A DNA stretch of 62,837 nucleotides, filler included, from Rhabdomonas costata (Eukaryota), in assembly GCA_019059605.1 (NCBI GenBank). It is 49 parts of 49 records of this genome, joined end to end, with 100 filler letters (N's around TTAATTAATTAA, not from the genome) between each part and the next. Parts side by side here need not be neighbours in the genome. Positions count along the whole stretch, not along the records: positions 50,098 to 51,281 come from JAHMHO010024579.1; positions 51,382 to 52,565 come from JAHMHO010024580.1; positions 52,666 to 53,849 come from JAHMHO010024581.1; positions 53,950 to 55,133 come from JAHMHO010024582.1; positions 55,234 to 56,417 come from JAHMHO010024583.1; positions 56,518 to 57,701 come from JAHMHO010024584.1; positions 57,802 to 58,985 come from JAHMHO010024585.1; positions 59,086 to 60,269 come from JAHMHO010024586.1; 41 more parts are not named here. One strand, 5' to 3'. The translations under genes were made by a program, and so were the position numbers. Shown piece after piece: positions 50,126 to 62,545 of this stretch. Under the pieces are notes generated by a model that was given only the letters and a program-made list of their open reading frames with translations, had not been told where the DNA came from and did not search any database. Within the stretch, counting starts at the first letter, position 1. The number at the start of each line of letters is the position of its first letter.

Positions 50126-50889
50126 GCGCAGCGCTGGCCCAGCGGGATTCCGAGGTTGCCACCCTGGAGGCCATCATCGCCGACCTGCGGGCGCAGGCAT
50201 CCACCACCGGCCCATCCCCATCTCCATTCCTATCGCCCAACTCCAGCCCTGTCTTTCGTTTTCTACTAGTGTCTCTTATTTTTTTGCCGTGGGTGGTCCT
50301 TAGCCTCAGCCTTAGCCTCAGCTTCGGCCTTTGTTGCGGGGAGGCACGCCTTATTTGAATGGCATGGTTGTGGGTTGCTCCGCTTTTTTCCTCTGCGCTG
50401 TCCTGTCCATTGCGTTCTCTCCCCTTCGCAGCTTGCTCTTCCCCTCTTTTGTGCTGTCTCTCTCTTCTCTGAATGGGTTGAATTGGGTGGTTCTGTCTGC
50501 TTCACTTTCCTCCCTCTCTCCTGCTCTCATAGGAGTGCCACCTGAGCTCTTCTGCAAAGGAGAGGGAGGGCGCCCTTGCGAAGATGCAGAAGCAGCTCCA
50601 GGACACCAGTGCGGTCTGCGTGCAATCTTAATCTGTTGTTTTGCTGAGATTTTCCTAGGACGTGTGCCCACTCTGCACAGCATAAGGAAGGAAGGTTGAC
50701 AAGCGTACTCCGCTGAAGAGTTGGTGCTTGGGTTCATAGAGTTCCAACAGCGGAGAGATCGTCTCCCGCAGAGATTGACCTCACACACTCGCATGCACCC
50801 TATTCCACCCATCGCAGGAACGTGACGAGGCGGTGTCCCGAGAGAGACAGGCCCTTCTGAGGGTGCACCAGCTCAGCGGAGACTTGGAG
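50126..50889 (+). CDS. Coiled-coil protein, three exons
   Basis: ...RAALAQRDSEVATLEAIIADLRAQ (to 50196, GC donor) | 50533-50613 | 50818-50889, all phase 0. The contig's first ~25 nt are a fold-back of 50196-50219. Confidence 0.6.
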
Positions 50890-51405
50890 GTGCTCCGGAC
50901 AGAGGTCTCTTAGGGCAAGAGGAGTGATCTTTTTCTGTGGTGGTCGCTCCTTCGTCTCACTCAAGCGTGGACGCGAGACGAGAAAAAAGAACAAAAGGGA
51001 ATGTCATCAGTAAAACAAACGTGCACATGACAGCAGTGTAACAAAGCGTGCGGCCGGTTTCTGTCCTCGGTCCACACACAAGAATTGTACAAGACACCGA
51101 GGATCGATGGATTCCCTTATGCCGCAAAGCCGACCGTGGTGTGCTTTTCGTCGTTCTTCACGCTTCCGGTTTCCTGCAGACTCACATTGCTACTTTCCGC
51201 ATCGCACCCGCGTATCTCCGCATTTGGATGCGTGCCTAAGAATAGAGAGCGGCGTGGTGCACTCAGTCACATTGTGGACGANNNNNNNNNNNNNNNNNNN
51301 NNNNNNNNNNNNNNNNNNNNNNNNNTTAATTAATTAANNNNNNNNNNNNNNNNNNNNNNNNNNNNNNNNNNNNNNNNNNNNGGGTGGGTTGGGTGTGTCT
51401 GGTGT

Positions 51406-51627
51406 GGTTGTGAACGAGTCTTACCAGATGGAACAGGTTTCAGACTCTTCTTTCTGTCTGGTGCTGTTCTATTCCTTTGGGCACGAGTCTATTGCCGCCT
51501 TGCTGCGTTGTGACATAAAGAAGCAAGAAAAGCCATGGCAATAGACTCGTGCCCAAAGGAATTGAACAGCACGAGACAGAGAGAGGAGTTTGAAACCTGT
51601 TCCATCTGGTAAGACTCGTTCACAACC
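51406..51627. repeat. Diverged inverted duplication (91-bp arms) of a glycosidase exon end + intron start
   Basis: 51406-51496 versus reverse complement of 51537-51627: 5 substitutions, all in the intronic part. Confidence 0.9.
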
Positions 51628-52460
51628 TTGACCGGAGCAAACTCGCCTTTGTCGTACTTCACTTGAATGCTGCGGAGAGAAAGGGGGGGGGGGGGGGGTG
51701 GCGGGCTACAACCCCTCCGAGCAAATAAAATATCGAGCTTGTACGAGAGAAACCTGTCGTGGCCAAACTCCGTTATCATCAGAGGCTTGAGGGGCTGGTG
51801 GGTGTACTTCGTAGCGTTCAAATAGGTGTGTGGGGTCTTGGTGAAGGAATCGTACGTTTGTAGAGACCAAAAGCTGAAATCAAAGATTTTGCGACGAAAC
51901 AATCTGTGCACGGAGACTATAAAAGACTATTTGACGGATGAAAAAGTCCACAAAAAAAGAGTTGAAGGAGCACTGAAAGGAAAAGTCAACCTCAGAAGAG
52001 ACCAATCGGCGTAGCGTTTGACAATGGTAATGAAGTTCCTTTCTGACAGCGGCAGCGTGATGGGCTGGACCTGACCCTCAGTTAGCTCTTTTGCCACTTG
52101 AACCATCAGGTTAGCAAGAGAAAACAACTCGTCAAGTTGCCCCGAAAAGGTGATATCCAGCTCGTTGCCAATCATCCAAGCCTGGGGCAAAGTGAAACAG
52201 CTCATGATCAATGGGAGAAAGCCCGAAAAGGAAGAAAGCGAGAAACCGTCTCTCGCAGGTCAGAAGCATCTTACAGCATTAACGTCACCTCCAACCAAAA
52301 GTCATGACGCTGCTCAACGCACCAGCACAGCAGGATGGTGCCAGTACTGATCGACCAAGGTAGCCCAGTCAGACAAACATGTGCGGCGGACTTCACCGTC
52401 TCCCAGATTGGAGTACACCAGTTTTCCAGAAGGATCCTGGGCACCCATCTCGAACGGAAC
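51597..52460 (-). CDS. Clan GH-A glycoside hydrolase (GH2 TIM-barrel/GH158-like), four exons
   Basis: Exons 52460-52323, 52181-51991, 51873-51754, 51669-51597: ...VDQYWHHPAVL|AWMIGNELD...|SFWSLQTY...KPLMITEFGHD|S...; GNE acid/base and ITEFG nucleophile motifs. Confidence 0.82.
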
Positions 52461-54651
52461 CTGGGAGCAATCGGGGGCTCACCACACACCGCACACAGAC
52501 CGGGCCTCGTCCTCCGACCAGAAAAAGTAATTACTAGGGCCAAAAACACAGGAAACTGCACACGTNNNNNNNNNNNNNNNNNNNNNNNNNNNNNNNNNNN
52601 NNNNNNNNNTTAATTAATTAANNNNNNNNNNNNNNNNNNNNNNNNNNNNNNNNNNNNNNNNNNNNGTGTTGTGGGGAAATGTGATGTGACGAAACTGTGC
52701 AGAAAAGGGATTCTTCACCTCCAAAACCGACACAACCAAACAAGGACATTAGTAAACTTGCACAACAGGGTGATGTTCTTGCAACTGAAGTGCTAACGCA
52801 ATTGATTATTTGGGAAATTTGTGGGACATCGGTTGAGTGGAATTAAAATATGCGCGAACATAAATAGATTAAATACACAAATAATGAAAATAATAAAAAA
52901 AGTGCGGTTTGTGCTTCCAAAATTGTAGGATATTGTAGAAAACGCCAGCGTGTGTCCAGTATGTCATCTTTTTGTTTGGCATTTTCTTGGCTTTTTAAAA
53001 TAATTGTCAAGTTCTTCAATAATTGAAATTCCTTGTGTATTTTTAATTTGAATCCCCAATAGAGATTTGCATGTCTCATCTTTGAAATGTTGCACTATTA
53101 GAAATGGACATGAACTCAAAATAGTAGCTGCGGTGCTCCCACCGTGATGAATCCGATTTTGTTCTTCTGTTGGGCACGCGTTAAACACGTGCAACGACAT
53201 CAGCACTAGTGACATGCTTTGCTCATCCCCGGAAATCCAACACAATGTTTACAGGGGCGGCTAAGTGGAAGCCCCCCCCCCAGCATCTTTCCAGGGTTAG
53301 GTATCTTAATTACAGCTCTTGGGATTTGCTCGGTGGAATCTTTCAGCCTCTTGGCTTTAAATCGTCAAGGCTAAAAGGCAGCAGAGCAGAAGAATGAGGG
53401 AGAGGAGGGTAAGGAGCTTTACTGTCCTTTGGAAGCACTAGCTGCAAACCCAGATTCAAATAGCGCGTTTCTGCTTGATAAAAGCGAATGGCCAATTTTG
53501 ACCACTTTTTCTCCTCGGAAAATTCACTCTGGGTGCTCACCAATTATAGGCAGCCGCGGGAGGCAGCAAAGCTCAAGACAACGAACAGAAATATAATCGT
53601 CGAACACTCAAGATGGACTAAGGGGCGAACTCCAACCTGGCCCTCCCCGAACCAAGGAGCAGCTTCCTCTGCGATAGGCTTATCCGAGTTTCTGAGCATG
53701 CGAAACCGCCACCCCAGGCAGTGTCCTCCATAGCCGCTCAGGGCCCGCGGACCACCGTAAAAGTGATGAATTTAAACGTTCTAGGTGTTTTGACTCCTGG
53801 AAAAGACGTTCGCCATTACCTTTTCAATTGTAATAGCGGTCACAAAACCNNNNNNNNNNNNNNNNNNNNNNNNNNNNNNNNNNNNNNNNNNNNTTAATTA
53901 ATTAANNNNNNNNNNNNNNNNNNNNNNNNNNNNNNNNNNNNNNNNNNNNGGTGGTTTGTGGAATGAGCTGCTTGCCTTCCTGCACCCCAAAGAGGTGGTG
54001 CACGTAGGAGTGCTATTGTGTGCGGGGCGGGAGTGTCCCTGCCCGTGGGTTGCGGCAATGGTCGCGGAGGAGATGCAGAGAAGGCCTCGGCCTCGGCAAT
54101 TTGATGTCATTGAATTTATCTTTGACTGCTCGATCTCCCCCATTGGTGTGGACTGCTCCTTCCTCTTTTCAGCGACGTTCCCGTTTCTCTAATTTGGATC
54201 TTCTTTCGAAAGCAGCTGTTTTTCCTCCTCTGGAACAGGCAAATACGCAAGTCACCCTACTATCCCCAAAAGAGTCAATGCCGAGATAGGCCCACACACA
54301 TTGCGCAGACTTTCAGCATCGACCTCCGAAGGGAAGAGGGGATGGAGATGCTGAATTAATTGCCGATTTCGGATTCTTTTTAGTTTGACTTGTTATTATG
54401 ATTATTTATCTTTTATGCTCGTCGATGCGGTGTTCTGCGGAATGAGTAGTACATCTTTTCACTGCTGCTGTGTTTCGACCAAAGATTCCTCTGCTTCGTT
54501 TATGTGCTCTCTTGCGTTTTTCATGTGTAAATGATGCGCGACTAATACGCCGTGGCTGCTTTACTCAGTCTTTGGTCTCGGACATACGTGTTGTTTTGTG
54601 TTGGGTAAAGCTTTGCCCGTTTTTTTTTCTTTTCGCGGCTCGCCCCCGGAG

Positions 54652-54903
54652 CCGGTGTGGGGGTCCTCAGGGGATCGCATCGCCGCTTCTCACAGAAACG
54701 GCGCCGTGCGCGTTCTCAGCCTAAGCACAGGAGAGGAGCTGCTGAGGCTCAGTCACCCCAGCCAAGACAGCGCTGACCTTTGCTGCGTGCGCTTCAGCCC
54801 GGACGGTGCGCACCTTCTCAGCTCAGGCGAAGACAATACTGCGGTCCTGAGTGACTCACTGAGTGGGGCGCCAGTGGTAGCCTACCATGGCCACGACAAC
54901 GCG
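54652..54903 (+). CDS. WD40-repeat protein exon
   Basis: LCCVRFSPDGAHLLSSGEDNTAVLSD...YHGHDNA, then GTATGA donor; 5' boundary approximate. Confidence 0.82.
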
Positions 54904-57900
54904 GTATGATGTGGATTCCATTTTATATCGGAGCATCTGCCGTGAGAGTCCTGGAAAATCGCTTTTTAGTATGTGCGATATGATGCGAGATTTCAGTTGT
55001 GTGATTTTCAGCTTACTGGGGATCCGATTACAAGCTTTTGCTCATTTCAGAATGTCGTCTGTTGTTTTGCCCCCAGGTCTATACCATGGAATTGCAGAAA
55101 TGAGCAAAAGCTTGTAATCGGATCCCCAAAAACNNNNNNNNNNNNNNNNNNNNNNNNNNNNNNNNNNNNNNNNNNNNTTAATTAATTAANNNNNNNNNNN
55201 NNNNNNNNNNNNNNNNNNNNNNNNNNNNNNNNNAAGAAGGCCGACGAGCAGCCCTCGTAGCCAGTGATTTGATAGGGCGAGGGGGGGCGTCCCCTGCGTA
55301 GTGCTGCCCCCGTTAATCCATTTTTTTACGGGGGCATCACCTTGGCCGAAAAGCATTACGAGCAGGAGCGAGGAAGGTGTGCTCCCTTTTTTTCTTGCCT
55401 TCATAAACACACTTTGCTCTTCAATTCAAACGCACATAAACACACTTTGCTCTTCAATTCCCGGTTTTTTATCACCTGTCACCATTCCCCCCGCAAAAAC
55501 GTCGGCATCGGTTGCAACCTTTAGAAGGGGCCAAACAGAATTTTGAAAATATACATTTTAAATCAGAAAAAAACGGATGCATGAAACATAAACTGCCAAA
55601 ATTTTCTTCCGGGGGAGAGAGCTCTCTTTAATGAAGCTGCCATCGAAGCGCAAGTTGATCTGTTGTATGCAAATTCGTCCTTCCTGCTTTTGGTGCTTGA
55701 CATACGCGTTGCTATATCAAACCCGAGTCTAAATTCATTCAGTCGTTTTGTGACTTCGCTCGGAACCTTCCGGAACGCCGCCAGCTGTACAGCATCGGTG
55801 TGAGGCGGAGCAGCAACATGATATTTTCGCCGCGATCTTGCTTTTTCTCCATTCAGATTCCCTTCACCTCCGTCTTCCCGTGGACTTCGTGGGCTTCTTA
55901 GTCTTCCCGGGGCGACCGCTTCTGCCTTCCCTCTTCGCCCTTTATCATTCCACCATTCGCTCTTCCGATTCGCCCCTATGCTTCACTGGCTTCACTGGGC
56001 GACCAACGGCTTGAGAGGGGAAACCTGATTCCTTTCTCTGTCTTCTCCATTCCCGACTGACTTCGCTCACTGACGTTCAATGACTTCTTCTTTTTTTTTC
56101 GTGTGCAGCAGAACTTTTGTGTATGAATGGCAAACCATTTCCTTCCTTCCAAGGCTGGAACTGCAACCCCAAGAAATACTGTCGTTGGGTTTCAGAAAAT
56201 ATTCCCTTGATATCGATGGGCTGAGTCCAGAAACTGATGGCTGGCTCGCCACTCCGAAAATGCTGCTAATAGCATCCCTCGTCACGTAGTTCTTCGCTTA
56301 ATTTCTTTTTCTGCCGATAACGGCGCCAAGAGCTGTTAACATCGCGTCTTTTCTACTCACATGTCCTGTCATGTCTCCGCTTGCCTGCACTAAAGGATTT
56401 TTCTTCACCACCACACCNNNNNNNNNNNNNNNNNNNNNNNNNNNNNNNNNNNNNNNNNNNNTTAATTAATTAANNNNNNNNNNNNNNNNNNNNNNNNNNN
56501 NNNNNNNNNNNNNNNNNGGGAAGGGGGAGAGCTTGAGGAATGAGAGAAGAGCGGCTGAGGCACAGAGGTTGGCGGGATGGTCGTTTGTTGGAGAGACGTA
56601 GGGCAGAAGCATCGATGAGTGATTGGGTGACTACAATTTCTTGTGGAATGAATAAATGCATACCTAATAGAATCCAGGGTTGTGGAAAGTGCAAGCATAG
56701 GATATATCCCACGCAAGAGCAAAATGCACACTGACGCCACTCGCCAGTCGGTCTTCACAGCGTCCTCAATCTGGATGGTCGTTTACGGTCATTTACTACT
56801 GTACCAATATAGGGGGTAATTCCTGTTCGCACAGAAAAGTGTGGATCCGAGAACTGGCCAGTGCACTGCACATAAGCAAACCGAAGGTATCCGTCTGGTT
56901 GGAGGATTCAACGTAATTGGTGAAAGGTGGAGCTTGTCGGGGGTGAAAAGGTGAACTTTTTTGTAACCATCACAAGATCCGGATGGGTCCGCCGTGAGTC
57001 CATCCGAGAAAAGCCGGTTTCGAATGTGGCTGGAAACGACATTAACAAAAAGTCCTGCAGCAATGGCAACTTTTCTTGCCTGACGAGACCACCCCGAACT
57101 GGTTCTCAGAATCAAATCATCAAATCACCGTCACATTTGCAGCTTTCCGCGAATCTTCCAGCTCACAACAATGTGAATATCGCCCAAGAAGGACTATAAG
57201 GAAACGCGCAAAGACGTGTGGACTACTCAGCCAAAGTTATAAGGAACCACTAAACCAAGGACTTGCCAAGGACACATAATGTATCAGACCCAAAAGTAAA
57301 TGAAGCGATGAAGATCACTTGTCGTCACGAACTGGGCAGCACTCCTTGGCCGTACAAGGATCTTGCTTGCAGATCACGGAGCTCCACGTCAGCGCGTGCC
57401 CGGAGCAAATGAATCCCACACACGACCGAGCTGTGAGGGTGTGTGTATGTGCGTGTGCCGAAAATCTGAGAAAGTAATTCTGGCCACTTGACCACTGGAT
57501 CCTATCCACGTCACAGGAGGATGAAGGTCGATTAACACTGTATCAACTTCCCCGCTGACGCTTGATTTTTTTTGCGGTTCCGGGAATCACGTTAATGTGT
57601 TTTTATCCGTCTTTACAGGGTAAAGCAAAAAAGCCTAGAGACTATTTTCACCCTGAAATCTCGTGAGTAGAATAAATTCCAATGCTCCTACACCCCACAC
57701 CNNNNNNNNNNNNNNNNNNNNNNNNNNNNNNNNNNNNNNNNNNNNTTAATTAATTAANNNNNNNNNNNNNNNNNNNNNNNNNNNNNNNNNNNNNNNNNNN
57801 NCGTGCCTTCGCCTTCTCCTTCTCTACCACCCTGGGCCCTGTCGAAAAGGACGTGTTGTGCCAAGAATTCTGGAATGCATTTTTTCTATTGCGGGTTGTG

Positions 57901-58221
57901 CTGGTAGATTTCTGACGAAACCCCATTGAGCTACATACCCACCGCAAATTTGAAAAGTTGCAAAGATTAAATGCTTCCGACACGTGAGCAGCAGTGCTAA
58001 CCATTCGCGAGGATGCTTAGAAATTGCCGCAGTGATAGCGCAAATCCGGGGTGTGGTGCACCACCAAGCAGAGAATCTAGACAGGGGATAGGAAGGGTAG
58101 ACATGGTTAACCCCTAACCGTGGATAGAAATGCACACATTCTTCTTTCCGGATCAGTTTCGGGAACACAAACCCCACCACTGGAGGACAGGGAGGTAGGA
58201 AGGGGGTCGGCGGGGGTGCAG

Positions 58222-58580
58222 GGCATCCAGTGTGCATCAACGCCGTGGAAGGCCGGGAGTACAAGCGCAACCAGCTGATTTTCAATCTGGTGCTTGCCGT
58301 GCGCCGCGTCGCGGAGTTCCCCTCCTCCAGGAAGCCCCAGTGCGGTGGTGGTGTCTATGCAGGGGACAGTGGCAATGGAACCCCTCCACCTGTTGTCTGC
58401 GGTGCGGCGTGTTGTGGTACAGAGCCCCACTCCCCGGGACTGGGGCCTGTACGACGGCGCCCCGCGGCTGGGGCGGGTCTTCCCCCGCTGTGCGCGTACA
58501 TTGCTTTGGCGGAGAAGCTGGCCACCCGGCTGAGACAGCTGGAGGAGGAGAGCGCGCTGGTGTGGAGGCAGTCCACACAG
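58222..58580 (+). CDS. NPRL2: GATOR1 subunit NPRL2/Npr2-like, longin-domain exon
   Basis: GHPVCINAVEGREYKRNQLIFNLVLAV...LAEKLATRLRQLEEESALV matches GxPVCI...YxRNxLxFN...KKLAxxLxxLExES, with a ~60-aa Pro/Gly insertion. Confidence 0.8.
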
Positions 58581-60426
58581 GTCTTGTACTTCGGGGAGAA
58601 GGAATAGAGTGGAAGAGCGTACCGTATTCTGCTGAGCACCACCAGTGTGCAACATTTGCAACACTCGCCACACGTCAGTGTGGTGTTTGCCTTTTTTTAT
58701 TGCGAGGTTTTGTGGTCCTGTCTCTCACTTACGAACCTGAGGCCAGCTGAGACGGGTGCGCCTGCCGTCGTCTCTGAGGCATCGATGTAACAGTTCGGAG
58801 CATCCCTTTGCATTTTTGGACAACAAATTGTAACTGTAGTGTTGCGACACCATGCCCCGCCCTTTCCTCACCGCGTGCAGTTCAATTATTTTTTCTCCTG
58901 CGCCCTCCCACCCGTCCATCACTTGTGACCGAATTGCCCAATGACCAGCGCCTTACCCCCTCGGTTGTCCTGCTGTGATGCTATGNNNNNNNNNNNNNNN
59001 NNNNNNNNNNNNNNNNNNNNNNNNNNNNNTTAATTAATTAANNNNNNNNNNNNNNNNNNNNNNNNNNNNNNNNNNNNNNNNNNNNGCACCTCCCATGACC
59101 TCCACTGTACTACAAGAAGCGAAAAATAAAACAGGGGGGTGTCTTTTTTCTGGACCCATGTTCAAAAAACCACCCTGCAAACAAAAAACACAGGGTCAAA
59201 AACTTCCACCCAAATTCCCGAAATCCTGACATTTGATACCTCCTACATACACGTACGTACTGACCTGATATCAAGACTAGAAGGGGTGCCTCATACTCGA
59301 CTCTCCTGCATCTAAAACACACAAATATGCGTAAAAACATCCATTTTGATATTCACATAAACACTTGCAAAGCCAAATGTGTGTTTTACGTTCCCAATTC
59401 GCTAATTCACCACTAAAATCGATAAAATCCATCAAAAATACCCCTATAAAATGTGAAATACCACGAATAGAAATCCATTGAAAGAAAAAGAGAACAGGAA
59501 GAAAAAAGACCAAAAATTACCACTTTTTTGACTCTCCTCCGGAATTATGGAGCCAAATGATCACCAAACCGATTTCCAAGTTTTCCGGAGGCTCTTCAAA
59601 GGAGTCGCTGCACTCGGTTATATGGAGCTCCTTTTTCATCAAACAAAGTGTCGGAGTTTCCGTTGGGTGGTTACCATCAATTCTTCAGTCGGGAATTTTG
59701 AATAATCCAAGCGGCGCCTTTGTGTATCATCTTTCCCGTCTTTGGACCTTGCGTGGCGTAAAACTGACGCCTGTTATCCCCAAAAACCTTCTTTCTTGTT
59801 TTGAATACAAAAGCAAAATTAGCACTTCGAACACCATGCAGGCTCCTAGGCCGCTGGGTGGTGGCGGGTTGTGTGCGTTAAAACCTTGTAATATCTTACT
59901 GGCAGCGCTTGTGCGTTCTGCCTTTTGGGCCGTTTTGTCACAACATTTCATCAGCCAAATAATTACCACACGGCCCCTGTATGGTCGCGATTGTTCTCTG
60001 CATAGTGTCGCAGACATCGCGGGCAATCAGGAATCAGATATGGAGGTTTTATGGACCTCCAGCGAAGGCAAGCAGCTTAAAACCACAGGTGCAGGACATC
60101 ACGCGTGCCCAAAGTCTCACCCCAACAAACCCTTACAATTGACTGGAAAGGCGCATAGTAAAACTCTTATACAGGAATGCGCTCAAGGAGCTCTCGAACA
60201 TGAACCACCCACGCAACGGCACCTACCAATCACTCGTCACTCATCACACCACTCGCGTCCACCAAAACCNNNNNNNNNNNNNNNNNNNNNNNNNNNNNNN
60301 NNNNNNNNNNNNNTTAATTAATTAANNNNNNNNNNNNNNNNNNNNNNNNNNNNNNNNNNNNNNNNNNNNGGTTTTGTGTCCGGAGAGGCCACTGACACAC
60401 GGGAACGTGGGGGATGGGTAGAACAC

Positions 60427-60874
60427 CATCGCAGCAGCGCAACGGTGGAACAAAAGAGCTCGAAGGCAGCTTCCGACTGGGGCTGGTCCAGCAGACAACA
60501 GATCTCTATCACTGTGCGCAAGCCCCGCCCCTCTTGCCAGAGATCTTCCGTCATGCATCAGGACCCGATGTAATGGTGTGAATGGAAGTAGTGCAAAATG
60601 AAAAAAAAATAGAGAGAGTTCTTTGACCGCTTGCACAACATAACATCTATAATCTGCAGAATGAACAATCAAACAGTTGGAAACGAGGAAGAGGGGCCTG
60701 GCACCTCTTCGGGCCTTCGCGACGCATTGCCGCCTTTCTGCTCATGGATGATTGGGAGGAAGACAGGGCAAGTGGGAGGGCATGCACCTTTCGAAGCCAA
60801 ATGCTTGGTGAAGGGTTCGTCGCTGCGGGCAGCCTGCCTGATAATCTCTTCCACCGAAAACTTCTGTCGCACCT
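60427..60874 (-). CDS. Three exons of unknown protein
   Basis: 60874-60788, 60737-60705, 60544-60427 join in frame across GT-AG introns (EVRQKFSVEEIIRQAARSDEPF...DLWQEGRGLRTVIEICCLL...). Confidence 0.45.
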
Positions 60875-62396
60875 CTGCCCAGCCCAGCCCCACAATGACA
60901 CACTCGTGGACTCGACACAATGACAGGTTGAATCACCATCTCCCTTATGAAGTCAGATTATCAAGGCAGCTGTCACTGCTGCAGACGGGCAATTATAGTT
61001 TTATGACGACATTCTTCCTTCAGAACACATCGGCACATAACCAAGAAGACAAGAGACCATCCAACTGAAGTTCACAATTGAACCTGAGCATAAAAATAAC
61101 AAGCTGATTGAAAATACCTTCAGGAGCAAGCATGGGGCCCAATCGAAGGACCGAAGATGGGAGGTGCAGACGAAAGCACAGACACGCTCTCCCCAAAAAG
61201 ACAGAAAGGGTCGAGGACAGAAAGGGTCGAGGACCGCGGCAGAATTAGAGAGCACGTCTGCAAAACGCAGCTGCAAAAAGAAAGAAACACACGCTCTCAC
61301 ATGCCAACCAAAAAAAAGGAAAAAGGAAAAAGCGAGTTGAAGACTTTCGTCAACGTATAGAAAAAGTAGGTGCAGCGAGACTAGCACACAAGAGAATTCC
61401 ACCCCGATTCTCTCAAATGGTTTTCCGTTTCATGCAGCCAGGAACCATTTTACCTTTTCATTTCAGCAACTCATCAAGCACACCATCTGTGTATCGCTTC
61501 CGCCCACCTAAAACAAAAGCCGCGGGCATTTCGGGGGGGGGCACCAAACAACANNNNNNNNNNNNNNNNNNNNNNNNNNNNNNNNNNNNNNNNNNNNTTA
61601 ATTAATTAANNNNNNNNNNNNNNNNNNNNNNNNNNNNNNNNNNNNNNNNNNNNTGTGTGGGTTGGTACACAGATAGCTGACAGGACCCTTCCCCGCTCTA
61701 TCCCGCTGAGCACCTCGTTTAACGACAGGGCGGAACAACTGTCGATGTTTAACAGTGGGGAAGGGTCCTGTCAGCTATCTGTGTACCAACCTGCACGATT
61801 AACCACGATTAACAGTTTCCCTGCACTCGTTCACGCATCGTTTGCATGACACATGTAGCGCTCAGTCTCGCGGTAGCTGTTTGGTACTGAGCGGATTTCC
61901 TATCAGGAGCCCAAGCTGCCTCATCCCGATGAGGACCCGTGCTGTTACTTGAGCAAGTACAAGATGACCCCCGTGGTGTGTTGGCGTATGTGTGTGGGCG
62001 GGATACCCCGCTGTACAAAAATTTTCGACTTTCCAGGTGCTCTGCTGGAGAGCAGCGATGATGCAGACCCAACGTTGAATCTGGGTTGCGATGAAGTCAA
62101 GGAGCTGGGTTGAAACGTTTTGCGTGATAGGGGGATTTCTCAACTTTTTTTATCCCTTCCCATCTTCCCTGCTCCCAACGACCAAGTTGAAGAGGAATCT
62201 TTGTATTGGATATGGCTGTCAAGTCGTCATGCGGACGTGCTTGGGGTCGTGGATGTTTAGGCCTTCCTACAGCAGGGGCTTCACCCCTCAGTCTGGTCTT
62301 CCAAAGGATGTCCCACTCCAGGGTCGAAAACACTGTTGCTGTTGCTTCAGTCTGAGAAATTCCAGTCTCGACCCCTTCGGTCCTTCCTTCCCACAG

Positions 62397-62545
62397 GTGC
62401 TGGCCGCAGAGCTTGGCCAGCTGGAGGTGCTGGAGCTTGTGCTACGGCAGCGCAGCCGCAAGCTGTACACCTACGCTGGAATGCAGGCCCAGCTGTACAG
62501 CCTGCGGGACTTAGACAACTTCCCGACCTTCTTCTACACTGGGCG
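62397..62545 (+). CDS. TRPV-like ankyrin-repeat ion channel exon
   Basis: ccacag acceptor; VLAAELGQLEVLELVLRQRSRKLYTYAGMQAQLYSLRDLD resembles TRPV last ankyrin + linker (LAAxxGKxxxFxxILQRE...WAYGPVxxxLYDLxxID). Frame absent from the ORF track. Confidence 0.62.

Larger units (their letters stand above)
1186..61653. other. 48 artificial contig-joining spacers (44 N + TTAATTAATTAA + 44 N) separating 49 length-sorted contigs of ~1184-1185 nt
   Basis: Identical 100-nt spacer recurring every ~1284-1285 nt (first at 1186-1285). TTAATTAATTAA puts stops in all six frames. Adjacent contigs are not physically linked. Confidence 0.98.

Noticed and set aside
55402-55460. Short direct duplications (26 bp here; also 44715-44747 and 61201-61234)
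   Set aside because: Only two copies each, with no spacer array or cas genes; ordinary slippage duplications.
59557-60321. 254-aa ORF, and similar long ORFs at 34693-35387, 39889-40734, 20952-21659 and 1573-2181
   Set aside because: No recognisable motifs or codon bias. They are intronic, low-complexity or antisense shadows of real exons, and some run into N spacers.
1421-62545. Euglenid-type non-conventional (non-GT/GC-AG) introns
   Set aside because: Every intron I could bracket by homology can be drawn as GT-AG or GC-AG.
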